DNA of 64,000 nt from an uncultured Gemmatimonadales bacterium (GTDB taxonomy: Bacteria; Gemmatimonadota; Gemmatimonadetes; Gemmatimonadales; GWC2-71-9), in NCBI GenBank assembly GCA_963830455.1, contig CAWHMT010000001.1, positions 179,982 through 243,981 on the forward strand, written 5' to 3'. How positions within the stretch are numbered: the stretch's first letter is position 1; the number at the start of each line of letters is the position of its first letter. Made by a program: the position numbers and the translations under genes. Below the pieces are notes generated by a model, which did no database searches, had not been told where the DNA came from, and worked only from the letters and a program-made list of their open reading frames with translations. Positions 55,401 to 64,000 of the stretch are shown one piece after another.

Positions 55401-56252
55401 ATGCGCCAGCCTGGCTCCTGTGTGTCTGCCCAAACCCCGATAACTCCGTGTGCCCTGATCATTCGCACCGACGATGTGGGCATGAGCCACAGCGTGAATC
55501 TCGGCATGCAGCGGCTCGTGTCGACCGGCATTCCCGTGTCGGTCTCTGTGATGTTCGCGTGCCCGTGGTATCAGGAAGCGGTCGAGATTCTCAAGCAGCA
55601 TCCCAATGCGTCGGTGGGCATTCACCTGGTCCTCAATTCGGAATGGAAGAACTATCGATGGGGACCGGTGGCCGGGGCCACGGCCGTTCCGTCGCTCGTC
55701 GATGAGAACGGCTTTTTCTTTCCCTCCTCCGAAGCGTTGCACCAGCACAATCCCAACATCGCCGAAATCGAAACAGAGCTGCGCGCGCAGATCGACCGCG
55801 CGCTGCGCTCCGGCGTGAAGATCGACTACGTGGACTACCACATGGGCACGGCCGTGCGCTATCCCGAGTTCCAGGCCGTGACGGAGCGGCTGGCGCAGGA
55901 GTACGGTCTCGGCATGTCGCACTACTTCGGCGAGACGGAAGACTCCCCGCAGTATTCCGCGCCCCCGGCCCGCAAGATGGACAGCCTGCTGGTGCTGATC
56001 AACCGGATGAAGCCGGGGCTCAACATGGTGATCACGCACGTCGGGATCGATGATGCCGAGCTGGGCGCGCTGCTCGACATGAACACCGACCAGCCGCTGC
56101 CCGACATGAGCAAGAATCGTCAAGGCGAGTTGACCGCGCTGACGTCGACGCGCTTCAGCGCGGCTCTCAAGGCGCGCAACGTCGTGTTGTTGACATACCG
56201 TGATGTGATCGCGAAGGAAGGCTTGAAGTCGATGCGCCGACCCGTAGGATGA
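55401..56252 (+). CDS. YdjC/ChbG-family carbohydrate deacetylase
   Basis: ..ALIIRTDDVGMSHSVNLGMQRLV.., VGIHLVLNSEW.., DYVDYHMG. Start is uncertain (ATG 55401 or TTG 55311). A signal-peptide-like ORF sits in another frame at 55360-55443. Confidence 0.75.
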   Translation: MRQPGSCVSAQTPITPCALIIRTDDVGMSHSVNLGMQRLVSTGIPVSVSVMFACPWYQEAVEILKQHPNASVGIHLVLNSEWKNYRWGPVAGATAVPSLVDENGFFFPSSEALHQHNPNIAEIETELRAQIDRALRSGVKIDYVDYHMGTAVRYPEFQAVTERLAQEYGLGMSHYFGETEDSPQYSAPPARKMDSLLVLINRMKPGLNMVITHVGIDDAELGALLDMNTDQPLPDMSKNRQGELTALTSTRFSAALKARNVVLLTYRDVIAKEGLKSMRRPVG

Positions 56253-56266
56253 GGAGGCAGGTTTCC

Positions 56267-59200
56267 ATGGGAACGAAACTCATTCGTGGATTCGCCGCAG
56301 TGGGCTTGGGCGTGCTGCTCTCGCTGTCGGCGTACGGCACCGCGCTCGCCCAGGCGCAAGAAACGCAGGTTTCCGGCACGGTGACCGGGGCCGCTGGTGA
56401 GAAGCTCGCCGGCGTGACCGTCCAGGTGCGCGGCACCGAGGTGCGCACCACGACGGACGCCAACGGGCGCTACTCGCTGTCGGCGCCGGGCGACGGGGTG
56501 CTTTTGTTCAACCTCATCGGCTACAAGGGTGCCGCGCGCACGATCGCCGGACGCGAGACGATCGACGTGGCGCTCGATGCCGCCGTCGCCGTGCTCGACC
56601 CCGTGATCGTGACCGGCTACACCACCCAGAAGCGTGCGGACATCACCGGCGCGGTCGCCAGCGTCCCCATGGAAGGCGTCGCCCAGCAGACCTCGACCAG
56701 CGTGCTGCAGCGGCTCGACGGCCGCGTGCCCGGCGTGCAGGTCGAGAACAGCGGCTCGCCCGGCTCCCGCACCACGATCCGCATTCGCGGCGTCAGCTCG
56801 TTCCAGAACAATGACCCGCTCTACATCGTGGACGGCACGCCCGTGCAGGACACGTACCTGAACTGGATGAACCCGGACGAAGTCGGGTCCATCCAGATCC
56901 TGAAGGACGCGTCGGCCGCGTCGATCTACGGCGCGCGCGCGAACAACGGCGTCGTGATCATCGAGACGAAGAAAGGCCGTTCCGGCCAGCGCCAGGTGAC
57001 GCTCGACCTTCGGACCGGCGTCGCGACGCCCACCAAGGGCTACGACGACATTCTGGTTCAGAATTCGCTCGATTACTGGGCGGTCATGAGCACGGCGATG
57101 ACGAATGGCGGCTTCGCCATTCCGACGAACATCTACGGAAACCCGAACAACCCCACCGTGCCCGCCTACATCTGGCCGAACAACGGCACGGCACCGACCT
57201 GCCCGGCGCCGGGCGGACCGGGGTGCGGCACCGTCGTCGATCCGTCCACGTACTCCTATCCCGACAATCTGATCATGCCGGGCAGCGCCGGCACGAACTG
57301 GTGGGATGCCGTGTTCGGCGCGGGGCAGTATCGCGACGCGAACCTCGCGCTGTCGGGCGGCTCCGATGACAACGCGTACCACGTGTCGTTCAACTATCTC
57401 GATCAGGAAGGCACGGCCGCGTTCAACCGGCTGCGCCGCGGCGGCGCGCGCGTCAACACCACGTTCAACCTGGGCAAGGTGCGCGTCGGCGAGAACATCG
57501 CGATTTCGCGCGAGCAGCACTACGGCGGTCTCGATGACGACGCGCTGGGCGAGAACAACATCGTCGGCAAGAACATCTTCCAGCAGCCGGTCGTGCCGAT
57601 CTACGACATCGCCGGCAACTTCGCCTCCGGCAAGGCCGTGGGCTTGAGCAACCTCACCAACCCGCTCAAGATCGCCGAAACCGGCCAGCACAACCTCAGC
57701 ACCAACGACCGGATCTTCGGCAACGTGTTCGGGGGGTTCGACGCCAGCCGCTCGCTGTCGCTCAACACCCGCTTCGGGTTCAACCTGGGCCAGGGGTCGT
57801 TCAAGGGGTTCAACCCCATCACGCCCGAGAACTCGGAAGTCAACTCGATCGACGGGATCAACGAGAATTACAACCTGTTCACCGAGTGGACCTGGAGCAA
57901 CACGCTCAACTACTCGCGCATCTCCGACCAGCACAACCTCACCGTGCTGGTCGGCCAGGAAGCGAACTACTCACAGAACCGGTTTGAGGCGGGCAGCTGC
58001 GCCAATCTCCTCAACAACGGCGTGGATTCCCGCTACATCCAGGATGCGCTGTGCGATCCGACCACCAAGAACGTGACCAGCACCGGGTTCAAGGCCTCGC
58101 TGCTGTCGTTCTTCGGCAAGGCGGACTACATCTTTAACGACCGCTACTACGCGAGCCTCACGCTGCGGCGGGACGGCTCGTCGCGCCTCGGGCCCGAGCA
58201 CCGCTGGGCGACGTTCCCGGCGGTCGGGTTGGGCTGGCGGCTGTCGCGCGAGGGGTTCCTCTCGAACAGCTCGCTGTTCTCGAACGTGATGCTGCGGTTC
58301 GGCTGGGGCGTCACGGGAAACCAGAACATTCCGGCGGGACGCATCGTGAGCCAGTTCGGCGGCGATCGCGGTGACACGTTCTACGACATCGGTGGCGGGG
58401 GCTCGACGCTCGTGCCCGGATTCAAGACCACCGCAATCGGGAACACCGACCTGAAGTGGGAGGAGCAGCACTCGATCAACGTCGGCCTGGACCTCGAGTT
58501 CTTTTCGGGCCGCGGCACATTCACCGCCGACGTGTACAACCGCAAGACCGACAACCTGCTGTTCGACCCGCGCCAGCCGGCCACCGCCGGATCGGCGTCG
58601 CCGCCGATCGTCAACATCGGGAAGATGCAGAACAACGGCATCGACCTCTCGCTCGGCTATCGCTGGCAGATGGGGAGCGGGCTGTGGAGCGTGACGTTCA
58701 ACGGCAGCCACTACAAGAACGAGATCATCCAGATCGACGGCGTGAGTCAATCGTTCCAGGGACCGCTCTCGATCCGCGAGCAGAACCCCGTGATCAACAA
58801 GCTCGGGGAGCCGATCGGGTCGTTCTACGGTCTCGTCGCCGACGGCTATTACCTCGACTCGGCCGATGCCGCGCCGTACTTCTCCAGCGGCGCGCGCCCG
58901 GGCCGCATCAAGTTCAAGGATCTCAACAACGACGGCCTGATCACCGCCGCCGACCGCGACATCATCGGCAGCCCGCACCCCGACTTCACGGGCGGCCTGG
59001 ACCTGGCGGTGCGGTACGGGCAGTGGGATATCAGCGCCACGGTGTTCGGGACGTTCGGTAACGACATCTTCAATTCACAGATGTACTGGTACGTGTTCCG
59101 GTACTTCGATACGAACGTACGCAGCGACCTGCTCGACAACGCGGTCGTGCTGGACGCCCAGAACCAGGTGACGAACCCGGGCGCCAAGTACCCGCGCATC

Positions 59201-59512
59201 GACGGCAGCGACGTGTTCAGCCGGCAGTTCTCGAGCTACTGGGTCGAGGACGGCTCGTACGTGCGGTTGCGGAGCCTGCAGATCGGGTACAACCTGCCGC
59301 CGGCGCTGATCAAGTGGATTCCGGCCGCGCGCGTGTATCTGCAGGGTGAAAACCTGTTCACGATCACCGGCTACTCGGGCCTCGATCCGTCGTTGCCCGC
59401 GGCGAGCGTGTTCGGCGCGGCTGGCGACATTCGCGACCAGTTCCGCGGCGTGGATCAGGGGACGTATCCGAGCAGCCGTACGATCACTGTCGGCATCACG
59501 ACCACGTTCTAA
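56267..59512 (+). CDS. SusC/RagA-family TonB-linked outer membrane protein
   Basis: MGTKLIRGFAAVGLGVLLSLSAYGTALAQ signal, a carboxypeptidase-regulatory-like domain (VSGTVTGAAGEKLAGVTVQVRGT), a plug (ITGAVASV..RIRGVSS), a large barrel, and terminal ..ITTTF. GAGGAGG lies 10 nt upstream. An alternative ATG at 56249 overlaps the YdjC-like stop. Confidence 0.9.
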   Translation: MGTKLIRGFAAVGLGVLLSLSAYGTALAQAQETQVSGTVTGAAGEKLAGVTVQVRGTEVRTTTDANGRYSLSAPGDGVLLFNLIGYKGAARTIAGRETIDVALDAAVAVLDPVIVTGYTTQKRADITGAVASVPMEGVAQQTSTSVLQRLDGRVPGVQVENSGSPGSRTTIRIRGVSSFQNNDPLYIVDGTPVQDTYLNWMNPDEVGSIQILKDASAASIYGARANNGVVIIETKKGRSGQRQVTLDLRTGVATPTKGYDDILVQNSLDYWAVMSTAMTNGGFAIPTNIYGNPNNPTVPAYIWPNNGTAPTCPAPGGPGCGTVVDPSTYSYPDNLIMPGSAGTNWWDAVFGAGQYRDANLALSGGSDDNAYHVSFNYLDQEGTAAFNRLRRGGARVNTTFNLGKVRVGENIAISREQHYGGLDDDALGENNIVGKNIFQQPVVPIYDIAGNFASGKAVGLSNLTNPLKIAETGQHNLSTNDRIFGNVFGGFDASRSLSLNTRFGFNLGQGSFKGFNPITPENSEVNSIDGINENYNLFTEWTWSNTLNYSRISDQHNLTVLVGQEANYSQNRFEAGSCANLLNNGVDSRYIQDALCDPTTKNVTSTGFKASLLSFFGKADYIFNDRYYASLTLRRDGSSRLGPEHRWATFPAVGLGWRLSREGFLSNSSLFSNVMLRFGWGVTGNQNIPAGRIVSQFGGDRGDTFYDIGGGGSTLVPGFKTTAIGNTDLKWEEQHSINVGLDLEFFSGRGTFTADVYNRKTDNLLFDPRQPATAGSASPPIVNIGKMQNNGIDLSLGYRWQMGSGLWSVTFNGSHYKNEIIQIDGVSQSFQGPLSIREQNPVINKLGEPIGSFYGLVADGYYLDSADAAPYFSSGARPGRIKFKDLNNDGLITAADRDIIGSPHPDFTGGLDLAVRYGQWDISATVFGTFGNDIFNSQMYWYVFRYFDTNVRSDLLDNAVVLDAQNQVTNPGAKYPRIDGSDVFSRQFSSYWVEDGSYVRLRSLQIGYNLPPALIKWIPAARVYLQGENLFTITGYSGLDPSLPAASVFGAAGDIRDQFRGVDQGTYPSSRTITVGITTTF

Positions 59513-59542
59513 GCTGTCGTCTTTCACGAGGGACGCGAGAGA

Positions 59543-61489
59543 ATGAAAACACTTCTAAGATCCAAACTGGTGATCGCGGCCGCGGTGGTGACGACGCTGG
59601 GAGCGATCACGTTTGCATGCAGCGACTTTCTTGAACAACCCGCCCAGGGGACGGTAGACGAGGCGACGCTGGCCACCAGGAACGGCGTCGAGGGTTCGCT
59701 CGTCGCCGCCTACCGCTCGCTCGATTGCAGCAGCAGCTCGGCGGGCTCGTGGGGCTGCGCCGCCAGCAACTGGGTGTGGGGCAGCGTGCCGAGTGGAGAC
59801 GCCTACAAGGGCTCCAACCTCGGCGACCAGCAGCCGATCAATGACATCGAGACGTACCTGTGGAACGTCGGCGAAGCCGACGACTACATCAACCAGAAGT
59901 GGGCTCAGGTGTACGAGGGCGTGTCGCGCGCCAACGCGACGCTCCGCATTCTGGATAAGCTGGTCGTGGATAAGCCCGGCGAGCTATCCGCGCTTGATCA
60001 GGCTGGCATCCGGGGCGAGGCGATTTTCCTCCGGGCGCATTACCACTTCGAAGCCTACCGGATGTGGGGCAGCAATACCGAAGGCGGTACGGGTGGGATT
60101 CCCTACTACCGGCAGAACGACATCGATTACCGCAAGACCAACATCGGCACCGACGCGATGGCGGAGATCCTCGTTGACCTGGATTCGGCCATCACGCTGT
60201 TAGATAGCGCGCTGGTCGCAACTCCGACCACCCCTCGCAACGGCGACAAGGGCCGCGCGACGGCGTGGACTGCGCGCGCTTACAAGGGCAAGGTGCTCGC
60301 GTATGGCGCCGCGGTCGTGCCGGCGCGGTGGACAGCCGTAAAGGCAGTCCTGGACTCGGTTGTAAACCTGGGTCCGTATGCCCTGGAGGCCACTTTCGAC
60401 GAGGTCCACACCGGACGTCCCGCGTTCCGCAACGGCCCGGAGACGATCTTCGCCTTCCAGGCCTCGGCGCGCGATGGTGAGCCCAACGGCTGGAACTCGA
60501 ACTGGGGCGAACGGCTCAACTTCCCGCATTCGGGGAGCCACTTCGGCTGCTGCGGGTTCCATCAAGCGTCGTTCAACCTGGCGAACGTCTATCAGGTCGA
60601 CGCGGCCGGCCTGCCGATCGCGATGACGAGCAACGCCTGGAACAGCCCGGCGCTGGACCCGACGCCTCCGAATTCCGACACGTTGTATTCGTGGCTGGGC
60701 TTGAACTTCCGCGGCGGTCTCATGCGCCCGGTCGATCCCCGGGTCGACTGGACCATGGGCCGCGACAGCGTGCCCTACAAGGACTGGGGGCTGCACTACC
60801 GCTCGTGGATTCGTGATGCAGGGTACAGCGGACCGTACAGCACCAAGAAGAACGTCCATGAATCGGAGGACGCCGCGACGGCCGAAAACAACACAGGATG
60901 GCAGACGACGCAGCAGAACAACGTCAACGTGCACATCCTTCGGTATGCTGACGTGCTGTTGCTCCTGGCCGAGGCCGAGGTCGAAATCGGTTCTCTGGGC
61001 AGGGCCGCGGATCTCGTCAACATGCTTCGTGCGCGGGCGGCAGCGGGCGCGCAGGGCTGCGGCACGACCTCCGCGGAGGTCGTGACGGCATGGCCGGCCT
61101 GCGGGACGAACGCCGCGATTCAGCCGATGTCGATTCCGCTGGTTGCGGCGAGCGCGACGCTCGACACGCTCACCACGCCGTGGGCGACGTATCGGATCGG
61201 CCTGTATCCGGTGCCGTTCGCCAGCCAGGCGGTCGGGCGTCAGGCAGTACGCCTGGAGCGGCGGCTCGAGCTGGCGATGGAAGGGCAGCACTTCTTCGAT
61301 CTGCGGCGGTGGGGCAGCGCCGACTCGGTGATCGCCAACTATATCGCGAGCGAAAAGATCCGGATTCCGTACCTCAATCTCGCCCAGACGTACGGGCCGC
61401 AGTACGCCCGGTATCCGATTCCGACGGTGCAGATCGAGCTGAGCCGCGTCGGAACCGAAGACCGGCTGCAGCAGAATACGGGATGGTAA
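59543..61489 (+). CDS. SusD/RagB-family nutrient-binding outer membrane lipoprotein
   Basis: 648 aa, lipobox ITFAC-SDFLEQP, TPR-like SusD pattern (..RAHYHFEAYRMWG.., ..ILRYADVLLLLAEAE.., ERRLELAMEGQHFFDLRRWG). Confidence 0.9.
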   Translation: MKTLLRSKLVIAAAVVTTLGAITFACSDFLEQPAQGTVDEATLATRNGVEGSLVAAYRSLDCSSSSAGSWGCAASNWVWGSVPSGDAYKGSNLGDQQPINDIETYLWNVGEADDYINQKWAQVYEGVSRANATLRILDKLVVDKPGELSALDQAGIRGEAIFLRAHYHFEAYRMWGSNTEGGTGGIPYYRQNDIDYRKTNIGTDAMAEILVDLDSAITLLDSALVATPTTPRNGDKGRATAWTARAYKGKVLAYGAAVVPARWTAVKAVLDSVVNLGPYALEATFDEVHTGRPAFRNGPETIFAFQASARDGEPNGWNSNWGERLNFPHSGSHFGCCGFHQASFNLANVYQVDAAGLPIAMTSNAWNSPALDPTPPNSDTLYSWLGLNFRGGLMRPVDPRVDWTMGRDSVPYKDWGLHYRSWIRDAGYSGPYSTKKNVHESEDAATAENNTGWQTTQQNNVNVHILRYADVLLLLAEAEVEIGSLGRAADLVNMLRARAAAGAQGCGTTSAEVVTAWPACGTNAAIQPMSIPLVAASATLDTLTTPWATYRIGLYPVPFASQAVGRQAVRLERRLELAMEGQHFFDLRRWGSADSVIANYIASEKIRIPYLNLAQTYGPQYARYPIPTVQIELSRVGTEDRLQQNTGW

Positions 61490-61499
61490 GGCTCACCCC

Positions 61500-64000
61500 C
61501 TAACGGGGCGAAAGCTTTCGGATCGTAAACGCCTGCAGGGAGTCGCCGGTGTTGGCAACCAAGCACGGCGCTCCCTGCAGGCGTTTTCACGTGCGCGAGT
61601 CCCGCGACGCTCCCCGGCGCGAGAAAGCCGCTCTCGAACGGCGATACCGGTGTGAAATGGCCACGACCGTCCCCCCTGAGCCAGAGACCATTGCCCGCGT
61701 CAGCCGGTGGAATGTTGGCCTCCGTTTCGGTCAGGTTCCCCGCGACGAGCGCGTCGAGCTTGCCGTCACCATCCAGGTCGCGAACGACGATCCCACGGAT
61801 CGGCGCGATCTGCGCGAGGCTGGGCAGCGGCATCCACGCAAACGTGCCGTCGCCGTTGTTCTGGAGATAGACGCTCGCGAACGTGTCGGTCTGCAAATGC
61901 AGCGCGCGCTTCAGCGCCGCCGTGCCGAAGAGCTGCTCGACTGTGGCTGCCGCAAATCCCGCGTACGTCGGGAACCGCAGCGCGGCGGAATAGATCGTCG
62001 GGCCGAGGCGCGCGCTGCCGAACACCGGGTACTCCTTGCCGCCGATCTCCTGCGTCAGCACGATCTCGCTGGTCTGCGTCTCGGCGAAATGGCCGGCATA
62101 GACGCCGAAGCGGCTTTCGGGCGATGTCTGGAACATGAAGTTGAGTCCCAGGTTGCCCGCGATCAGATCGGGGCGCCCGTCGCCGTTGAAGTCGCCCGCG
62201 GCCAGACTCCACCACCACCCGCGCGACGGCGGCAGGCCCACCGTTGTGGGTACGAGCCGCCGTCCATCGTTGTGATAGAACTCGATTCCCGTCCATTCGC
62301 CGGCCGTGACGAGATCGAGGCGTCCGTCGCCGTCGTAATCGGTCCACACCGCGGCGGTGACCATGCCGTGCGGCTGCGCCAGCTCTGGGGCGACCTCGGC
62401 GGTGACATCGGTGAACCGTCCGCCCTCATTGCGGAGCAGGTAGCTACGTGCCGGAGACGGGTAGCTCTCGCGGCGCGAGCCGGCCACCCACGAACAGATC
62501 AGGCCGCCCGTCGCCCGTGAAGTCACCGACCGCGACGCTCGACGTACAGCCGAGCATCGTGGGAAGCGCCTGCGTATCGCGCACGAACCGGCCGTTGCCC
62601 TTATTGAGGTAGAAGCGATCCTGGAGGAAGCGCGACACCGGCGTGTGCTGGTACCCGCAGCTTGCGACGTACAGGTCGGGCAGGCTGTCACCGTTCGCGT
62701 CCACGAACGCCGCACCCCAGTCGTCGTAGACCCGGTCCGCGAGCCAGGGCTGGCCCTGTGAGGATTCGCTGAAGCGGCCGTCCTTGCCCTGGATAAACAG
62801 CTTGCCCGCCACGCCCCCGCCACCCCCGATGAAGACGTCGTCCAGACCGTCGCGGTTCACGTCGGCGACGGCCAGCGGCGGTCCCTGCTTGGAGACTTCG
62901 TAGGGCAGCAGGGGCTGGACCTCGTAGTCGACGGAGGAGCGCGGGGGTTGGGCGTAGCGTAATGCGTGGAAAGGCTGGAAAAGACGCTCTCGGCTATCGG
63001 CTACCGGGTACCGGGTGTTTGAACGCGCGGCATCGGTCACTCTTAGCGTGATCGCTTGATCGACCCCGACGTTCGTGAGCACCTGCGACCGGCCATCGGG
63101 CCAGATGACTTCGAGACTGTCGACACGCGTTGCACTTCCCAGGCCTACGTGCTCCCGATCGTCCATCGTGGACAGGTAGCCGCGATACGGCGAGTGATAG
63201 GAGTACTGCTTCTGTCCGCCCGCGGTCACGATCAGCGTCGCACCGATGCCACGGCGGTTGGGGGACTCCCCCGCGAGCTTGATCTGGAGATAGTGCGCGG
63301 AATCGACCTTCACACCTTGAAAAATCGACGCGGGAGCGTCCAGGTTGTTCACAACGAGGTCGAGCCGGCCGTCATTGTTCAGGTCGGCATATGCCGCCCC
63401 GTACGAGAATCCCGGCTGATCCAGCCCCCACGCGCGCGTCCTGTCACTGAACTCGAGGCCGTCCTTTCCATTGTTGCGGAACAGGTATTTCGACACACGG
63501 TAGCCGCGCAGGCCCCGGAGCGCCTGCAACGCCATCTCGTGGTCGTTGGTGCGGCGCGCGCCGAGCGCCTCCGTCTGATAGTCGAGATCGTTGGGCGCTT
63601 TGGGATAGCCGTTGGTGATGAACAGGTCCTTGAAGCCATCGTTGTCGACATCCGCGAGCAACGCGCTCCAGCTCCACTCGGTGGCGGCGACCCCCGCGTA
63701 CCACGCGATGTCGCTGAACACCACGTCGCCGCTCGCATTTCTCCCGTTACTCAACTGCAGCGAGTTCGCGTCGTAATCGATGCGAAAGCCGCGGCGCCGC
63801 AGCTCCTCCATGCTGAAATAGGTCTGATACCCGCTCATCCGCTTGCGCTGCTCGAGCGCGGCCGGCAGCATGTCGACCTGCGCGAGGTCGGGCCAGCCGT
63901 CGTTGTTGAAATCGGCGATGTCCATGCCCATGCCGGCGAAACTGGCATGCTTGACCGACGCGCCGGCGCGATCGCTGAACGTGCCGTCGCCATTGTTGAT
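61500..64000 (-). pseudogene. FG-GAP/VCBS-repeat plus ASPIC/UnbV-type (CRTAC1-like) protein, two frame breaks, 5-prime end beyond the window
   Basis: Open from 64000 (INNGDGTFSD..MDIADFNNDGWPDL.., ADVDNDGFKDLFI.., ADLNNDGRLDLVV..) to ..DLFVGGRLAPRE. It then shifts +1 near 62465-62485 to SYPSPARSYLLRNEGGRF..DYDGDGRLDL..DFNGDGRPDL..DLDGDGKLD..SAVL. It shifts +1 again at about 61559 to VANTGDSLQAFTIRKLSPR*, with the stop at 61500. Confidence 0.8.
61527..61587 (+). terminator. 16-bp perfect-stem hairpin followed by TTTT, 38 nt after the susD stop (inside the convergent gene's 3-prime end)
   Basis: AAACGCCTGCAGGGAG-(28 nt)-CTCCCTGCAGGCGTTTT. The loop is long for a canonical intrinsic terminator. 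Confidence 0.5.

Noticed and set aside
62991-63005. A CGGCTATCGGCTACC fragment inside the FG-GAP gene as an inserted copy of the palindromic repeat.
   Set aside because: It is only 15 nt, has no inverted partner, and lies in frame within a linker. It could be chance or a very old remnant, so it is mentioned under the repeat-family finding only.

Overview
GC-rich bacterial chromosomal window. The gene content (a SusC/SusD pair, a PorX-like REC-PglZ regulator, DUF1080 plus Gfo/Idh/MocA pairs, a sigma-54 activator) suggests an FCB-group organism such as Gemmatimonadota. That placement is inference only. I call about 65 protein genes and found no rRNA, tRNA, CRISPR array, transposase or integrase.

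Layout:
- 1-11 kb: one co-directional minus-strand housekeeping array, yebC-ruvC-ruvA-[61-aa zinc ribbon]-ruvB-queA-tgt-yajC-def-fmt-thiE-thiS-thiG-rsmB-[PASTA-only protein]-rpe. Nearly every junction is a stop/start overlap.
- 11.5-24.2 kb: an LPS-core-like envelope glycan cluster with GT9, two GT2, five GT4 (two tandem paralog pairs) and an MsbA-like exporter. It also holds a PorX-like response regulator and an odd GT9-hypothetical-DnaB_C-only operon.
- 24-33 kb: mixed genes, including a patatin-ferredoxin fusion, a lone DppC-type permease coupled to a class V aminotransferase, DinB, tyrS and PBP1A.
- 32-39.6 kb: amidohydrolase-argR-DUF1080-Gfo operon, then argG-argH behind an ARG-box-like palindrome, then HNH plus a Cys-rich membrane protein.
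- 39.6-44.6 kb: a four-gene operon of sensor kinase, sigma-54 activator, bactofilin-like/Omp85 barrel fusion and DUF4390-like protein. This is my best candidate for an undescribed envelope signalling module.
- 44.6-64 kb: carbohydrate utilisation genes (GH16, GH20, GMC oxidoreductase pair, sugar isomerase, LuxR, YdjC-like deacetylase, SusC/SusD, FG-GAP/ASPIC protein).

Three families of short palindromic or G-tract repeats occupy the few real spacers.

Caveats:
- Conserved proteins switch reading frame in at least six places (yajC, amidohydrolase, Gfo/Idh/MocA, GH20, and twice in the FG-GAP gene). Most are fixed by removing one base, so these pseudogenes may be assembly indels rather than biology.
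- Many very long ORFs in the supplied track are antisense shadow ORFs or chimeras of such shadows with real genes.
- All calls come from reading translations and motifs by eye. No searches or computations were run, and motif coordinates may be off by 1-2 nt.
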